NCBI GenBank assembly: GCA_964057225.1
Contig: OZ059899.1
Location: 2,480,001-2,544,000, forward strand
DNA length: 64,000 bases
Source of the DNA: Auanema rhodensis
Taxonomy: Eukaryota > Animalia > Nematoda
Reading direction: 5' to 3'
Both the position numbers and the translations under genes were made by a program. Position 1 is the stretch's first letter. Every line of letters starts with the position of its first letter. This document shows, piece by piece, positions 27,021 through 40,709 of the stretch. The notes below the pieces were generated by a model, which did no database searches, had not been told where the DNA came from, and worked only from the letters and a program-made list of their open reading frames with translations.

Positions 27021-30000
27021 ATGGAAACTCAACATACACTAATGCATCATTTTTCAAACGATCATAACTAATTTTTGTATCAAGCGTTTCTCGATGTAGT
27101 ATAGTGCATTCGATGCGGATTTTTAAGCTGCGTCGATCTGTGTTATCAGATTTGCGCTAGCTTAAAAATGCACCGAGATATCAACTGATATAAGTTCACA
27201 CTTATATCCTCGATTTTCACCCTGAAGAATTAATTTTTTCGTTGAATAACATTGTCCATCGTCTTTGCCTTAAAAAAAAAAATCTAAAAACATCTACTTT
27301 TTGCTAAATTATTTTGAAATTTTTCGAAAAAATTTTTGTCAAAATGTTTTTGGAAGCAATGTTGAGTGTACATGGAAACTCAACATACACTAATGCATCA
27401 TTTTTCAAACGATCATAACTAATTTTTGTATCAAGCGTTTCTCAATGTAGTATAGTGCATTCGATGCGGATTTTTAAGCTGCGTCGATCTGTGTTATCAG
27501 ATTTGCGCTAGCTTAAAAATGCACCGAGATATCAACTGATATAAGTTCACACTTATATCCTCGATTTTCACCCTGAAGAATTAATTTTTTCGTTGAATAA
27601 CATTGTCCATCGTCTTTGCCTTAAAAAAAGGAATCTGAAAACATCTACTTTTTGCTAAATTATTTTGAAATTTTTCGAAAAAAGTTTTGTCAAAATGTTT
27701 TTGGAAGCAATGTTGAGTGTACATGGAAACTCAACATACACTAATGCATCATTTTTCAAACGATCATAACTAATTTTTGTATCAAACGTTTCTCAATGTA
27801 GTATAGTGCATTCGATGCGGATTTTTAAGCTGCGTCGATCTGTGTTATCAGATTTGCGCTAGCTTAAAAATGCACCGAGATATCAACTGATATAAGTTCA
27901 CACTTATATCCTCGATTTTCACCCTGAAGAATTGATTTTTTCGTTGAATAACATTGTCTATCGTCTTTGCCTTGAAAAATGGAATCTAAAAACATCTACT
28001 TTTTGCTAAATTATTTTGAAATTTTTCGAAAAAAGTTTTGTCAAAATGTTTTTGGAAGCAATGTTGAGTGTACATGGAAACTCAACATACACTAATGCAT
28101 CATTTTTCAAACGATCATAACTAATTTTTGTATCAAGCGTTTCTCGATGTAGTATAGTGCATTCGATGCGGATTTTTAAGCTGCGTCGATCTGTGTTATC
28201 AGATTTGCGCTAGCTTAAAAATGCACCGAGATATCAACTGATATAAGTTCACACTTATATCCTCGATTTTCACCCTGAAGAATTAATTTTTTCGTTGAAT
28301 AACATTGTCCATCGTCTTTGCCTTAAAAAAAGGAATCTAAAAACATCTACTTTTTGCTAAATTATTTTGAAATTTTTCGAAAAAATTTTTGTCAAAATGT
28401 TTTTGGAAGCAATGTTGAGTGTACATGGAAACTCAACATACACTAATGCATCATTTTTCAAACGATCATAACTAATTTTTGTATCAAGCGTTTCTCAATG
28501 TAGTATAGTGCATTCGATGCGGATTTTTAAGCTGCGTCGATCTGTGTTATCAGATTTGCGCTAGCTTAAAAATGCACCGAGATATCAACTGATATAAGTT
28601 CACACTTATATCCTCGATTTTCACCCTGAAGAATTAATTTTTTCGTTGAATAACATTGTCCATCGTCTTTGCCTTAAAAAAAGGAATCTAAAAACATCTA
28701 CTTTTTGCTAAATTATTTTGAAATTTTTCGAAAAAAGTTTTGTCAAAATGTTTTTGGAAGCAATGTTGAGTGTACATGGAAACTCAAAATACACTAATGC
28801 ATCATTTTTCAAACGATCATAACTAATTTTTGTATCAAGCGTTTCTCAATGTAGTATAGTGCATTCGATGCGGATTTTTAAGCTGCGTCGATCTGTGTTA
28901 TCAGATTTGCGCTAGCTTAAAAATGCACCGAGATTTTAACTGATATAAGTTCACACTTATATCCTCGATTTTCACCCTGAAGAATTTATTTTTTCGTTGA
29001 ATAACATTGTCCATCGTCTTTGCCTTAAAAAAAGGAATCTAAAAACATCTACTTTTTGCTAAATTATTTTGAAATTTTTCGAAAAAATTTTTGTCAAAAT
29101 GTTTTTGGAAGCAATGTTGAGTGTACATGGAAACTCAACATACACTACTGCATCATTTTTCAAACAATCATAACTAATTTGTGTATTAAGCGTTTCTCAA
29201 TGTAGTATAGTGCATTCGATGCGGATTTCTAAGCTGCGTCGATCTGTGTTATCAGATTTGCGCTAGCTTAAAAATGCACCGAGATATCAACTGATATAAG
29301 TTCACACTTATATCCTCGATTTTCACCCTGAAGAATTAATTTTTTCGTTGAATAACATTGTCCATCGTCTTTGCCTTAAAAAAAGGAATCTAAAAACATC
29401 TACTTTTTGCTAAATTATTTTGAAATTTTTCGAAAAAATTTTTGTCAAAATGTTTTTGGAAGCAATGTTGAGTGTACATGGAAACTCAACATACACTAAT
29501 GCATCATTTTTCAAACAATCATAACTAATTTGTGTATCAAGCGTTTCTCAATGTAGTATAGTGCATTCGATGCGGATTTTTAAGCTGCGTCGATCTGTGT
29601 TATCAGATTTGCGCTAGCTTAAAAATGCACCGAGATTTTAACTGATATAAGTTCACACTTATATCCTCGATTTTCACCCTGAAGAATTTATTTTTTCGTT
29701 GAATAACATTGTCCATCGTCTTTGCCTTAAAAAAAGGAATCTAAAAACATCTACTTTTTGCTAAATTATTTTGAAATTTTTCGAAAAAATTTTTGTCAAA
29801 ATGTTTTTGGAAGCAATGTTGAGTGTACATGGAAACTCAACATACACTACTGCATCATTTTTCAAACAATCATAACTAATTTGTGTATTAAGCGTTTCTC
29901 AATGTAGTATAGTGCATTCGATGCGGATTTTTAAGCTGCGTCGATCTGTGTTATCAGATTTGCGCTAGCTTAAAAATGCACCGAGATATCAACTGATATA

Positions 30001-33000
30001 AGTTCACACTTATATCCTCGATTTTCACCCTGAAGAATTGATTTTTTCGTTGAATAACATTGTCTATCGTCTTTGCCTTGAAAAATGGAATCTAAAAACA
30101 TCTACTTTTTGCTAAATTATTCTGAAATTTTTCGAAAAAATTTTTGTCAAAATGTTTTTGGAAGCAATGTTGAGTGTACATGGAAACTCAACATACACTA
30201 ATGCATCATTTTTCAAACAATCATAACTAATTTGTGTATTAAGCGTTTCTCAATGTAGTATAGTGCATTCGATGCGGATTTTTAAGCTGCGTCGATCTGT
30301 GTTATCAGATTTGCGCTAGCTTAAAAATGCACCGAGATATCAACTGATATAAGTTCACACTTATATCCTCGATTTTCACCCTGAAGAATTATTTTTTTCG
30401 TTGAATAACATTGTCCATCGTCTTTGCCTTGAAAAATGGAATCTAAAAACATCTACTTTTTGCTAAATTATTTTGAAATTTTTCGAAAAAATTTTTGTCA
30501 AAATGTTTTTGGAAGCAATGTTGAGTGTACATGGAAACTCAACATACACTAATGCATCATTTTTCAAACGATCATAACTAATTTTTGTATCAAGCGTTTC
30601 TCGATGTAGTATAGTGCATTCGATGCGGATTTTTAAGCTGCGTCGATCTGTGTTATCAGATTTGCGCTAGCTTAAAAATGCACCGAGATATCAACTGATA
30701 TAAGTTCACACTTATATCCTCGATTTTCACCCTGAAGAATTAATTTTTTCGTTGAATAACATTGTCCATCGTCTTTGCCTTAAAAAAAGGAATCTAAAAA
30801 CATCTACTTTTTGCTAAATTATTTTGAAATTTTTCGAAAAAATTTTTGTCAAAATGTTTTTGGAAGCAATGTTGAGTGTACATGGAAACTCAACATACAC
30901 TAATGCATCATTTTTCAAACGATCATAACTAATTTTTGTATCAAGCGTTTCTCAATGTAGTATAGTGCATTCGATGCGGATTTTTAAGCTGCGTCGATCT
31001 GTGTTATCAGATTTGCGCTAGCTTAAAAATGCACCGAGATATCAACTGATATAAGTTCACACTTATATCCTCGATTTTCACCCTGAAGAATTAATTTTTT
31101 CGTTGAATAACATTGTCCATCGTCTTTGCCTTAAAAAAAGGAATCTAAAAACATCTACTTTTTGCTAAATTATTTTGAAATTTTTCGAAAAAAGTTTTGT
31201 CAAAATGTTTTTGGAAGCAATGTTGAGTGTACATGGAAACTCAACATACACTAATGCATCATTTTTCAAACGATCATAACTAATTTTTGTATCAAGCGTT
31301 TCTCAATGTAGTATAGTGCATTCGATGCGGATTTTTAAGCTGCGTCGATCTGTGTTATCAGATTTGCGCTAGCTTAAAAATGCACCGAGATATCAACTGA
31401 TATAAGTTCACACTTATATCCTCGATTTTCACCCTGAAGAATTAATTTTTTCGTTGAATAACATTGTCCATCGTCTTTGCCTTGAAAAATGGAATCTAAA
31501 AACATCTACTTTTTGCTAAATTATTTTGAAATTTTTGGAAAAAATTTTTGTCAAAATGTTTTTGGAAGCAATGTTGAGTGTACATGGAAACTCAACATAC
31601 ACTAATGCATCATTTTTCAAACGATCATAACTAATTTTTGTATCAAACGTTTCTCAATGTAGTATAGTGCATTCGATGCGGATTTTTAAGCTGCGTCGAT
31701 CTGTGTTATCAGATTTGCGCTAGCTTAAAAATGCACCGAGATATCAACTGATATAAGTTCACACTTATATCCTCGATTTTCACCCTGAAGAATTGATTTT
31801 TTCGTTGAATAACATTGTCTATCGTCTTTGCCTTGAAAAATGGAATCTAAAAACATCTACTTTTTGCTAAATTATTCTGAAATTTTTCGAAAAAATTTTT
31901 GTCAAAATGTTTTTGGAAGCAATGTTGAGTGTACATGGAAACTCAACATACACTAATGCATCATTTTTCAAACAATCATAACTAATTTGTGTATTAAGCG
32001 TTTCTCAATGTAGTATAGTGCATTCGATGCGGATTTTTAAGCTGCGTCGATCTGTGTTATCAGATTTGCGCTAGCTTAAAAATGCACCGAGATATCAACT
32101 GATATAAGTTCACACTTATATCCTCGATTTTCACCCTGAAGAATTGATTTTTTCGTTGAATAACATTGTCCATCGTCTTTGCCTTAAAAAAAGGAATCTA
32201 AAAACATCTACTTTTTGCTAAATTATTTTGAAATTTTTCGAAAAAAGTTTTGTCAAAATGTTTTTGGAAGCAATGTTGAGTGTACATGGAAACTCAACAT
32301 ACACTAATGCATCATTTTTCAAACGATCATAACTAATTTTTGTATCAAGCGTTTCTCAATGTAGTATAGTGCATTCGATGCGGATTTTTAAGCTGCGTCG
32401 ATCTGTGTTATCAGATTTGCGCTAGCTTAAAAATGCACCGAGATATCAACTGATATAAGTTCACACTTATATCCTCGATTTTCACCCTGAAGAATTAATT
32501 TTTTCGTTGAATAACATTGTCCATCGTCTTTGCCTTGAAAAATGGAATCTAAAAACATCTACTTTTTGCTAAATTATTTTGAAATTTTTGGAAAAAATTT
32601 TTGTCAAAATGTTTTTGGAAGCAATGTTGAGTGTACATGGAAACTCAACATACACTAATGCATCATTTTTCAAACGATCATAACTAATTTTTGTATCAAA
32701 CGTTTCTCAATGTAGTATAGTGCATTCGATGCGGATTTTTAAGCTGCGTCGATCTGTGTTATCAGATTTGCGCTAGCTTAAAAATGCACCGAGATATCAA
32801 CTGATATAAGTTCACACTTATATCCTCGATTTTCACCCTGAAGAATTGATTTTTTCGTTGAATAACATTGTCTATCGTTTTTGCCTTGAAAAATGGAATC
32901 TAAGAACATCTACTTTTTGCTAAATTATTTTGAAATTTTTCGAAAAAATTTTTGTCAAAATGTTTTTGGAAGCAATGTTGAGTGTACATGGAAACTCAAC

Positions 33001-36000
33001 ATACACTAATGCATCATTTTTCAAACAATCATAACTAATTTGTGTATCAAGCGTTTCTCAATGTAGTATAGTGCATTCGATGCGGATTTTTAAGCTGCGT
33101 CGATCTGTGTTATCAGATTTGCGCTAGCTTAAAAATGCACCGAGATATCAACTGATATAAGTTCACACTTATATCCTCGATTTTCACTCTGAAGAATTAA
33201 TTTTTTCGTTGAATAACATTGTCTATCGTCTTTGCCTTGAAAAATGGAATCTAAAAACATCTACTTTTTGCTAAATTATTTTGAAATTTTTCGAAAAAAT
33301 TTTTGTCAAAATGTTTTTGGAAGCAATGTTGAGTGTACATGGAAACTCAACATACACTAATGCATCATTTTTCAAACAATCATAACTAATTTGTGTATTA
33401 AGCGTTTCTCAATGTAGTATAGTGCATTCGATGCGGATTTTTAAGCTGCGTCGATCTGTGTTATCAGATTTGCGCTAGCTTAAAAATGCACCGAGATATC
33501 AACTGATATAAGTTCACACTTATATCCTCGATTTTCACCCTGAAGAATTGATTTTTTCGTTGAATAACATTGTCTATCGTCTTTACCTTGAAAAATGGAA
33601 TCTAAAAACATCTACTTTTTGCTAAATTATTTTGAAATTTTTCGAAAAAATTTTTGTCAAAATGTTTTTGGAAGCAATGTTGAGTGTACATGGAAACTCA
33701 ACATACACTAATGCATCATTTTTCAAACAATCATAACTAATTTGTGTATTAAGCGTTTCTCAATGTAGTATAGTGCATTCGATGCGGATTTTTAAGCTGC
33801 GTCGATCTGTGTTATCAGATTTGCGCTAGCTTAAAAATGCACCGAGATATCAACTGATATAAGTTCACACTTATATCCTCGATTTTCACCCTGAAGAATT
33901 GATTTTTTCGTTGAATAACATTGTCTATCGTCTTTGCCTTGAAAAATGGAATCTAAAAACATCTACTTTTTGCTAAATTATTTTGAAATTTTTCGAAAAA
34001 ATTTTTGTCAAAATGTTTTTGGAAGCAATGTTGAGTGTACATGGAAACTCAACATACACTAATGCATCATTTTTCAAACAATCATAACTAATTTGTGTAT
34101 TAAGCGTTTCTCAATGTAGTATAGTGCATTCGATGCGGATTTTTAAGCTGCGTCGATCTGTGTTATCAGATTTGCGCTAGCTTAAAAATGCACCGAGATA
34201 TCAACTGATATAAGTTCACACTTATATCCTCGATTTTCACCCTGAAGAATTAATTTTTTCGTTGAATAACATTGTCCATCGTCTTTGCCTTAAAAAAAGG
34301 AATCTAAAAACATCTACTTTTTGCTAAATTATTTTGAAATTTTTCGAAAAAATTTTTGTCAAAATGTTTTTGGAAGCAATGTTGAGTGTACATGGAAACT
34401 CAACATACACTAATGCATCATTTTTCAAACAATCATAACTAATTTGTGTATTAAGCGTTTCTCAATGTAGTATAGTGCATTCGATGCGGATTTTTAAGCT
34501 GCGTCGATCTGTGTTATCAGATTTGTGCTAGCTTAAAAATGCACCGAGATATCAACTGATATAAGTTCACACTTATATCCTCGATTTTCACCCTGAAGAA
34601 TTAATTTTTTCGTTGAATAACATTGTCCATCGTCTTTGCCTTAAAAAAAGGAATCTAAAAACATCTACTTTTTGCTAAATTATTTTGAAATTTTTCGAAA
34701 AAATTTTTGTCAAAATGTTTTTGGAAGCAATGTTGAGTGTACATGGAAACTCAACATACACTAATGCATCATTTTTCAAACAATCATAACTAATTTTTGT
34801 ATCAAGCGTTTCTCAATGTAGTATAGTGCATTCGATGCGGATTTTTAAGCTGCGTCGATCTGTGTTATGAGATTTGCGCTAGCTTAAAAATGCACCGAGA
34901 TATCAACTGATATAAGTTCACACTTATATCCTCGATTTTCACCCTGAAGAATTAATTTTTTCGTTGAATAACATTGTCTATCGTCTTTGCCTTAAAAAAA
35001 GGAATCTAAAAACATCTACTTTTTGCTAAATTATTTTGAAATTTTTCGAAAAAATTTTTGTCAAAATGTTTTTGGAAGCAATGTTGAGTGTACATGGAAA
35101 CTCAACATACACTAATGCATCATTTTTCAAACGATCATAACTAATTTTTGTATCAAGCGTTTCTCAATGTAGTATAGTGCATTCGATGCGGATTTTTAAG
35201 CTGCGTCGATCTGTGTTATCAGATTTGCGCTAGCTTAAAAATGCACCGAGATATCAACTGATATAAGTTCACACTTATATCCTCGATTTTCACCCTGAAG
35301 AATTAATTTTTTCGTTGAATAACATTGTCCATCGTCTTTGCCTTAAAAAAAGGAATCTAAAAACATCTACTTTTTGCTAAATTATTTTGAAATTTTTCGA
35401 AAAAATTTTTGTCAAAATGTTTTTGGAAGCAATGTTGAGTGTACATGGAAACTCAACATACACTAATGCATCATTTTTCAAACAATCATAACTAATTTGT
35501 GTATTAAGCGTTTCTCAATGTAGTATAGTGCATTCGATGCGGATTTTTAAGCTGCGTCGATCTGTGTTATCAGATTTGCGCTAGCTTAAAAATGCACCGA
35601 GATATCAACTGATATAAGTTCACACATATATCCTCGATTTTCACCCTGAAGAATTGATTTTTTCGTTGAATAACATTGTCTATCGTCTTTGCCTTGAAAA
35701 ATGGAATCTAAAAACATCTACTTTTTGCTAAATTATTTTGAAATTTTTCGAAAAAATTTTTGTCAAAATGTTTTTGGAAGCAATGTTGAGTGTACATGGA
35801 AACTCAACATACACTAATGCATCATTTTTCAAACAATCATAACTAATTTTTGTATCAAACGTTTCTCAATGTAGTATAGTGCATTCGATGCGGATTTTTA
35901 AGCTGCGTCGATCTGTGTTATGAGATTTGCGCTAGCTTAAAAATGCACCGAGATATCAACTGATATAAGTTCACACTTATATCCTCGATTTTCACCCTGA

Positions 36001-38603
36001 AGAATTAATTTTTTCGTTGAATAACATTGTCTATCGTCTTTGCCTTAAAAAAAGGAATCAAAAAACATCTACTTTTTGCTAAATTATTTTGAAATTTTTC
36101 GAAAAAATTTTCGTCAAAATGTTTTTGGAAGCAATGTTGAGTGTACATGGAAACTCAACATACACTAATGCATCATTTTTCAAACGATCATAACTAATTT
36201 TTGTATCAAGCGTTTCTCAATGTAGTATAGTGCATTCGATGCGGATTTTTAAGCTGCGTCGATCTGTGTTATCAGATTTGCGCTAGCTTAAAAATGCACC
36301 GAGATATCAACTGATATAAGTTCACACTTATATCCTCGATTTTCACCCTGAAGAATTAATTTTTTCGTTGAATAACATTGTCCATCGTCTTTGCCTTAAA
36401 AAAAGGAATCTAAAAACATCTACTTTTTGCTAAATTATTTTGAAATTTTTCGAAAAAATTTTTGTCAAAATGTTTTTGGAAGCAATGTTGAGTGTACATG
36501 GAAACTCAACATACACTAATGCATCATTTTTCAAACAATCATAACTAATTTGTGTATTAAGCGTTTCTCAATGTAGTATAGTGCATTCGATGCGGATTTT
36601 CAAGCTGCGTCGATCTGTGTTATCAGATTTGCGCTAGCTTAAAAATGCACCGAGATATCAACTGATATAAGTTCACACTTATATCCTCGATTTTCACCCT
36701 GAAGAATTGATTTTTTCGTTGAATAACATTGTCTATCGTCTTTGCCTTGAAAAATGGAATCTAAAAACATCTACTTTTTGCTAAATTATTTTGAAATTTT
36801 TCGAAAAAATTTTTGTCAAAATGTTTTTGGAAGCAATGTTGAGTGTACATGGAAACTCAACATACACTAATGCATCATTTTTCAAACAATCATAACTAAT
36901 TTGTGTATTAAGCGTTTCTCAATGTAGTATAGTGCATTCGATGCGGATTTTTAAGCTGCGTCGATCTGTGTTATCAGATTTGCGCTAGCTTAAAAATGCA
37001 CCGAGATATCAACTGATATAAGTTCACACTTATATCCTCGATTTTCACCCTGAAGAATTGATTTTTTCGTTGAATAACATTGTCTATCGTCTTTGCCTTG
37101 AAAAATGGAATCTAAAAACATCTACTTTTTGCTAAATTATTTTGAAATTTTTCGAAAAAATTTTTGTCAAAATGTTTTTGGAAGCAATGTTGAGTGTACA
37201 TGGAAACTCAACATACACTAATGCATCATTTTTCAAACGATCATAACTAATTTTTGTATCAAGCGTTTCTCGATGTAGTATAGTGCATTCGATGCGGATT
37301 TTTAAGCTGCGTCGATCTGTGTTATCAGATTTGCGCTAGCTTAAAAATGCACCGAGATATCAACTGATATAAGTTCACACTTATATCCTCGTTTTTCACC
37401 CTGAAGAATCAATTTTTTCGTTGAATAACATTGTCCATCGTCTTTGCTTTAAAAAAAGGAATCTAAAAACATCTACTTTTTGCTAAATTATTTTGAAATT
37501 TTTCGAAAAAATTTTTGTCAAAATGTTTTTGGAAGCAATGTTGAGTGTACATGGAAACTCAACATACACTACTGCATCATTTTTCAAACAATCATAACTA
37601 ATTTGTGTATTAAGCGTTTCTCAATGTAGTATAGTGCATTCGATGCGGATTTTTAAGCTGCGTCGATCTGTGTTATCAGATTTGCGCTAGCTTAAAAATG
37701 CACCGAGATTTTAACTGATATAAGTTCACACTTATATCCTCGATTTTCACCCTGAAGAATTTATTTTTTCGTTGAATAACATTGTCCATCGTCTTTGCCT
37801 TAAAAAAAGGAATCTAAAAACATCTACTTTTTGCTAAATTATTTTGAAATTTTTCGAAAAAATTTTTGTCAAAATGTTTTTGGAAGCAATGTTGAGTGTA
37901 CATGGAAACTCAACATACACTACTGCATCATTTTTCAAACAATCATAACTAATTTGTGTATTAAGCGTTTCTCAATGTAGTATAGTGCATTCGATGCGGA
38001 TTTCTAAGCTGCGTCGATCTGTGTTATCAGATTTGCGCTAGCTTAAAAATGCACCGAGATATCAACTGATATAAGTTCACACTTATATCCTCGATTTTCA
38101 CCCTGAAGAATTAATTTTTTCGTTGAATAACATTGTCCATCGTCTTTGCCTTAAAAAAAGGAATCTAAAAACATCTACTTTTTGCTAAATTATTTTGAAA
38201 TTTTTCGAAAAAATTTTTGTCAAAATGTTTTTGGAAGCAATGTTGAGTGTACATGGAAACTCAACATACACTAATGCATCATTTTTCAAACAATCATAAC
38301 TAATTTGTGTATCAAGCGTTTCTCAATGTAGTATAGTGCATTCGATGCGGATTTTTAAGCTGCGTCGATCTGTGTTATCAGATTTGCGCTAGCTTAAAAA
38401 TGCACCGAGATTTTAACTGATATAAGTTCACACTTATATCCTCGATTTTCACCCTGAAGAATTTATTTTTTCGTTGAATAACATTGTCCATCGTCTTTGC
38501 CTTAAAAAAAGGAATCTAAAAACATCTACTTTTTGCTAAATTATTTTGAAATTTTTCGAAAAAATTTTTGTCAAAATGTTTTTGGAAGCAATGTTGAGTG
38601 TAC

Positions 38604-40007
38604 ATGGAAACTCAACATACACTACTGCATCATTTTTCAAACAATCATAACTAATTTGTGTATTAAGCGTTTCTCAATGTAGTATAGTGCATTCGATGCG
38701 GATTTTTAAGCTGCGTCGATCTGTGTTATCAGATTTGCGCTAGCTTAAAAATGCACCGAGATATCAACTGATATAAGTTCACACTTATATCCTCGATTTT
38801 CACCCTGAAGAATTGATTTTTTCGTTGAATAACATTGTCTATCGTCTTTGCCTTGAAAAATGGAATCTAAAAACATCTACTTTTTGCTAAATTATTTTGA
38901 AATTTTTCGAAAAAATTTTTGTCAAAATGTTTTTGGAAGCAATGTTGAGTGTACATGGAAACTCAACATACACTAATGCATCATTTTTCAAACGATCATA
39001 ACTAATTTTTGTATCAAGCGTTTCTCGATGTAGTATAGTGCATTCGATGCGGATTTTTAAGCTGCGTCGATCTGTGTTATCAGATTTGCGCTAGCTTAAA
39101 GATGCACCGAGATATCAACTGATATAAGTTCACACTTATATCCTCGATTTTCACCCTGAAGAATTAATTTTTTCGTTGAATTACATTGTCCATCGTCTTT
39201 GCTTTAAAAAAAGGAATCTAAAAACATCTACTTTTTGCTAAATTATTTTGAAATTTTTCGAAAAAATTTTTGTCAAAATGTTTTTGGAAGCAATGTTGAG
39301 TGTACATGGAAACTCAACATACACTACTGCATCATTTTTCAAACAATCATAACTAATTTGTGTATTAAGCGTTTCTCAATGTAGTATAGTGCATTCGATG
39401 CGGATTTTTAAGCTGCGTCGATCTGTGTTATCAGATTTGCGCTAGCTTAAAAATGCACCGAGATATCAACTGATATAAGTTCACACTTATATCCTCGATT
39501 TTCACCCTGAAGAATTGATTTTTTCGTTGAATAACATTGTCTATCGTCTTTGCCTTGAAAAATGGAATCTAAAAACATCTACTTTTTGCTAAATTATTTT
39601 GAAATTTTTCGAAAAAATTTTTGTCAAAATGTTTTTGGAAGCAATGTTGAGTGTACATGGAAACTCAACATACACTAATGCATCATTTTTCAAACGATCA
39701 TAACTAATTTTTGTATCAAGCGTTTCTCGATGTAGTATAGTGCATTCGATGCGGATTTTTAAGCTGCGTCGATCTGTGTTATCAGATTTGCGCTAGCTTA
39801 AAGATGCACCGAGATATCAACTGATATAAGTTCACACTTATATCCTCGATTTTCACCCTGAAGAATTAATTTTTTCGTTGAATTACATTGTCCATCGTCT
39901 TTGCTTTAAAAAAAGGAATCTAAAAACATCTACTTTTTGCTAAATTATTTTGAAATTTTTCGAAAAAATTTTTGTCAAAATGTTTTTGGAAGCAATGTTG
40001 AGTGTAC
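38604..40007. repeat. 2-monomer tandem duplication (702 bp x2; M111-112 / M113-114)
   Basis: CACTACTGC occurs in M111 and M113. TTAAAGATGC and GAATTACATT occur only in M112 and M114. Confidence 0.85.
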
Positions 40008-40709
40008 ATGGAAACTCAACATACACTAATGCATCATTTTTCAAACGATCATAACTAATTTTTGTATCAAGCGTTTCTCAATGTAATATAGTGCATTCGA
40101 TGCGGATTTTTAAGCTGCGTCGATCTGTGTTATCAGATTTGCGCTAGCTTAAAAATGCACCGAGATATCAACTGATATAAGTTCACACTTATATCCTCGA
40201 TTTTCACCCTGAAGAATTAATTTTTTCGTTGAATAACATTGTCCATCGTCTTTGCCTTGAAAAATGGAATCTAAAAACATCTACTTTTTGCTAAATTATT
40301 TTGAAATTTCTCGAAAAAATTTTTGTCAAAATGTTTTTGGAAGCAATGTTGAGTGTACATGGAAACTCAACATACACTAATGCATTATTTTTCAAACGAT
40401 CATAACTAATTTCTGTATCAAACGTTTCTCAATGTAGTATAGTGCATTCGATGCGGATTTTTAAGCTGCGTCGATCTGTGTTATCAGATTTGCGCTAGCT
40501 TAAAAATGCACCGAGATATCAACTGATATAAGTTCACACTTATATCCTCGATTTTCACCCTGAAGAATTGATTTTTTCGTTGAATAACATTGTCTATCGT
40601 CTTTGCCTTAAAAAATGGAATCTAAAAACATCTACTTTTTGCTAAATTATTTCGAAATTTTTCGAAAAAATTTTTGTCAAAATGTTTTTGGAAGCAATGT
40701 TGAGTGTAC

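Noticed and set aside
27271-27283. A11 run in M78 (AAAAAAAGGAAT > AAAAAAAAAAAT)
   Set aside because: This is a single-copy GG>AA change with no length change. It is a local mutation or consensus error, not a poly(A) retro-insertion.
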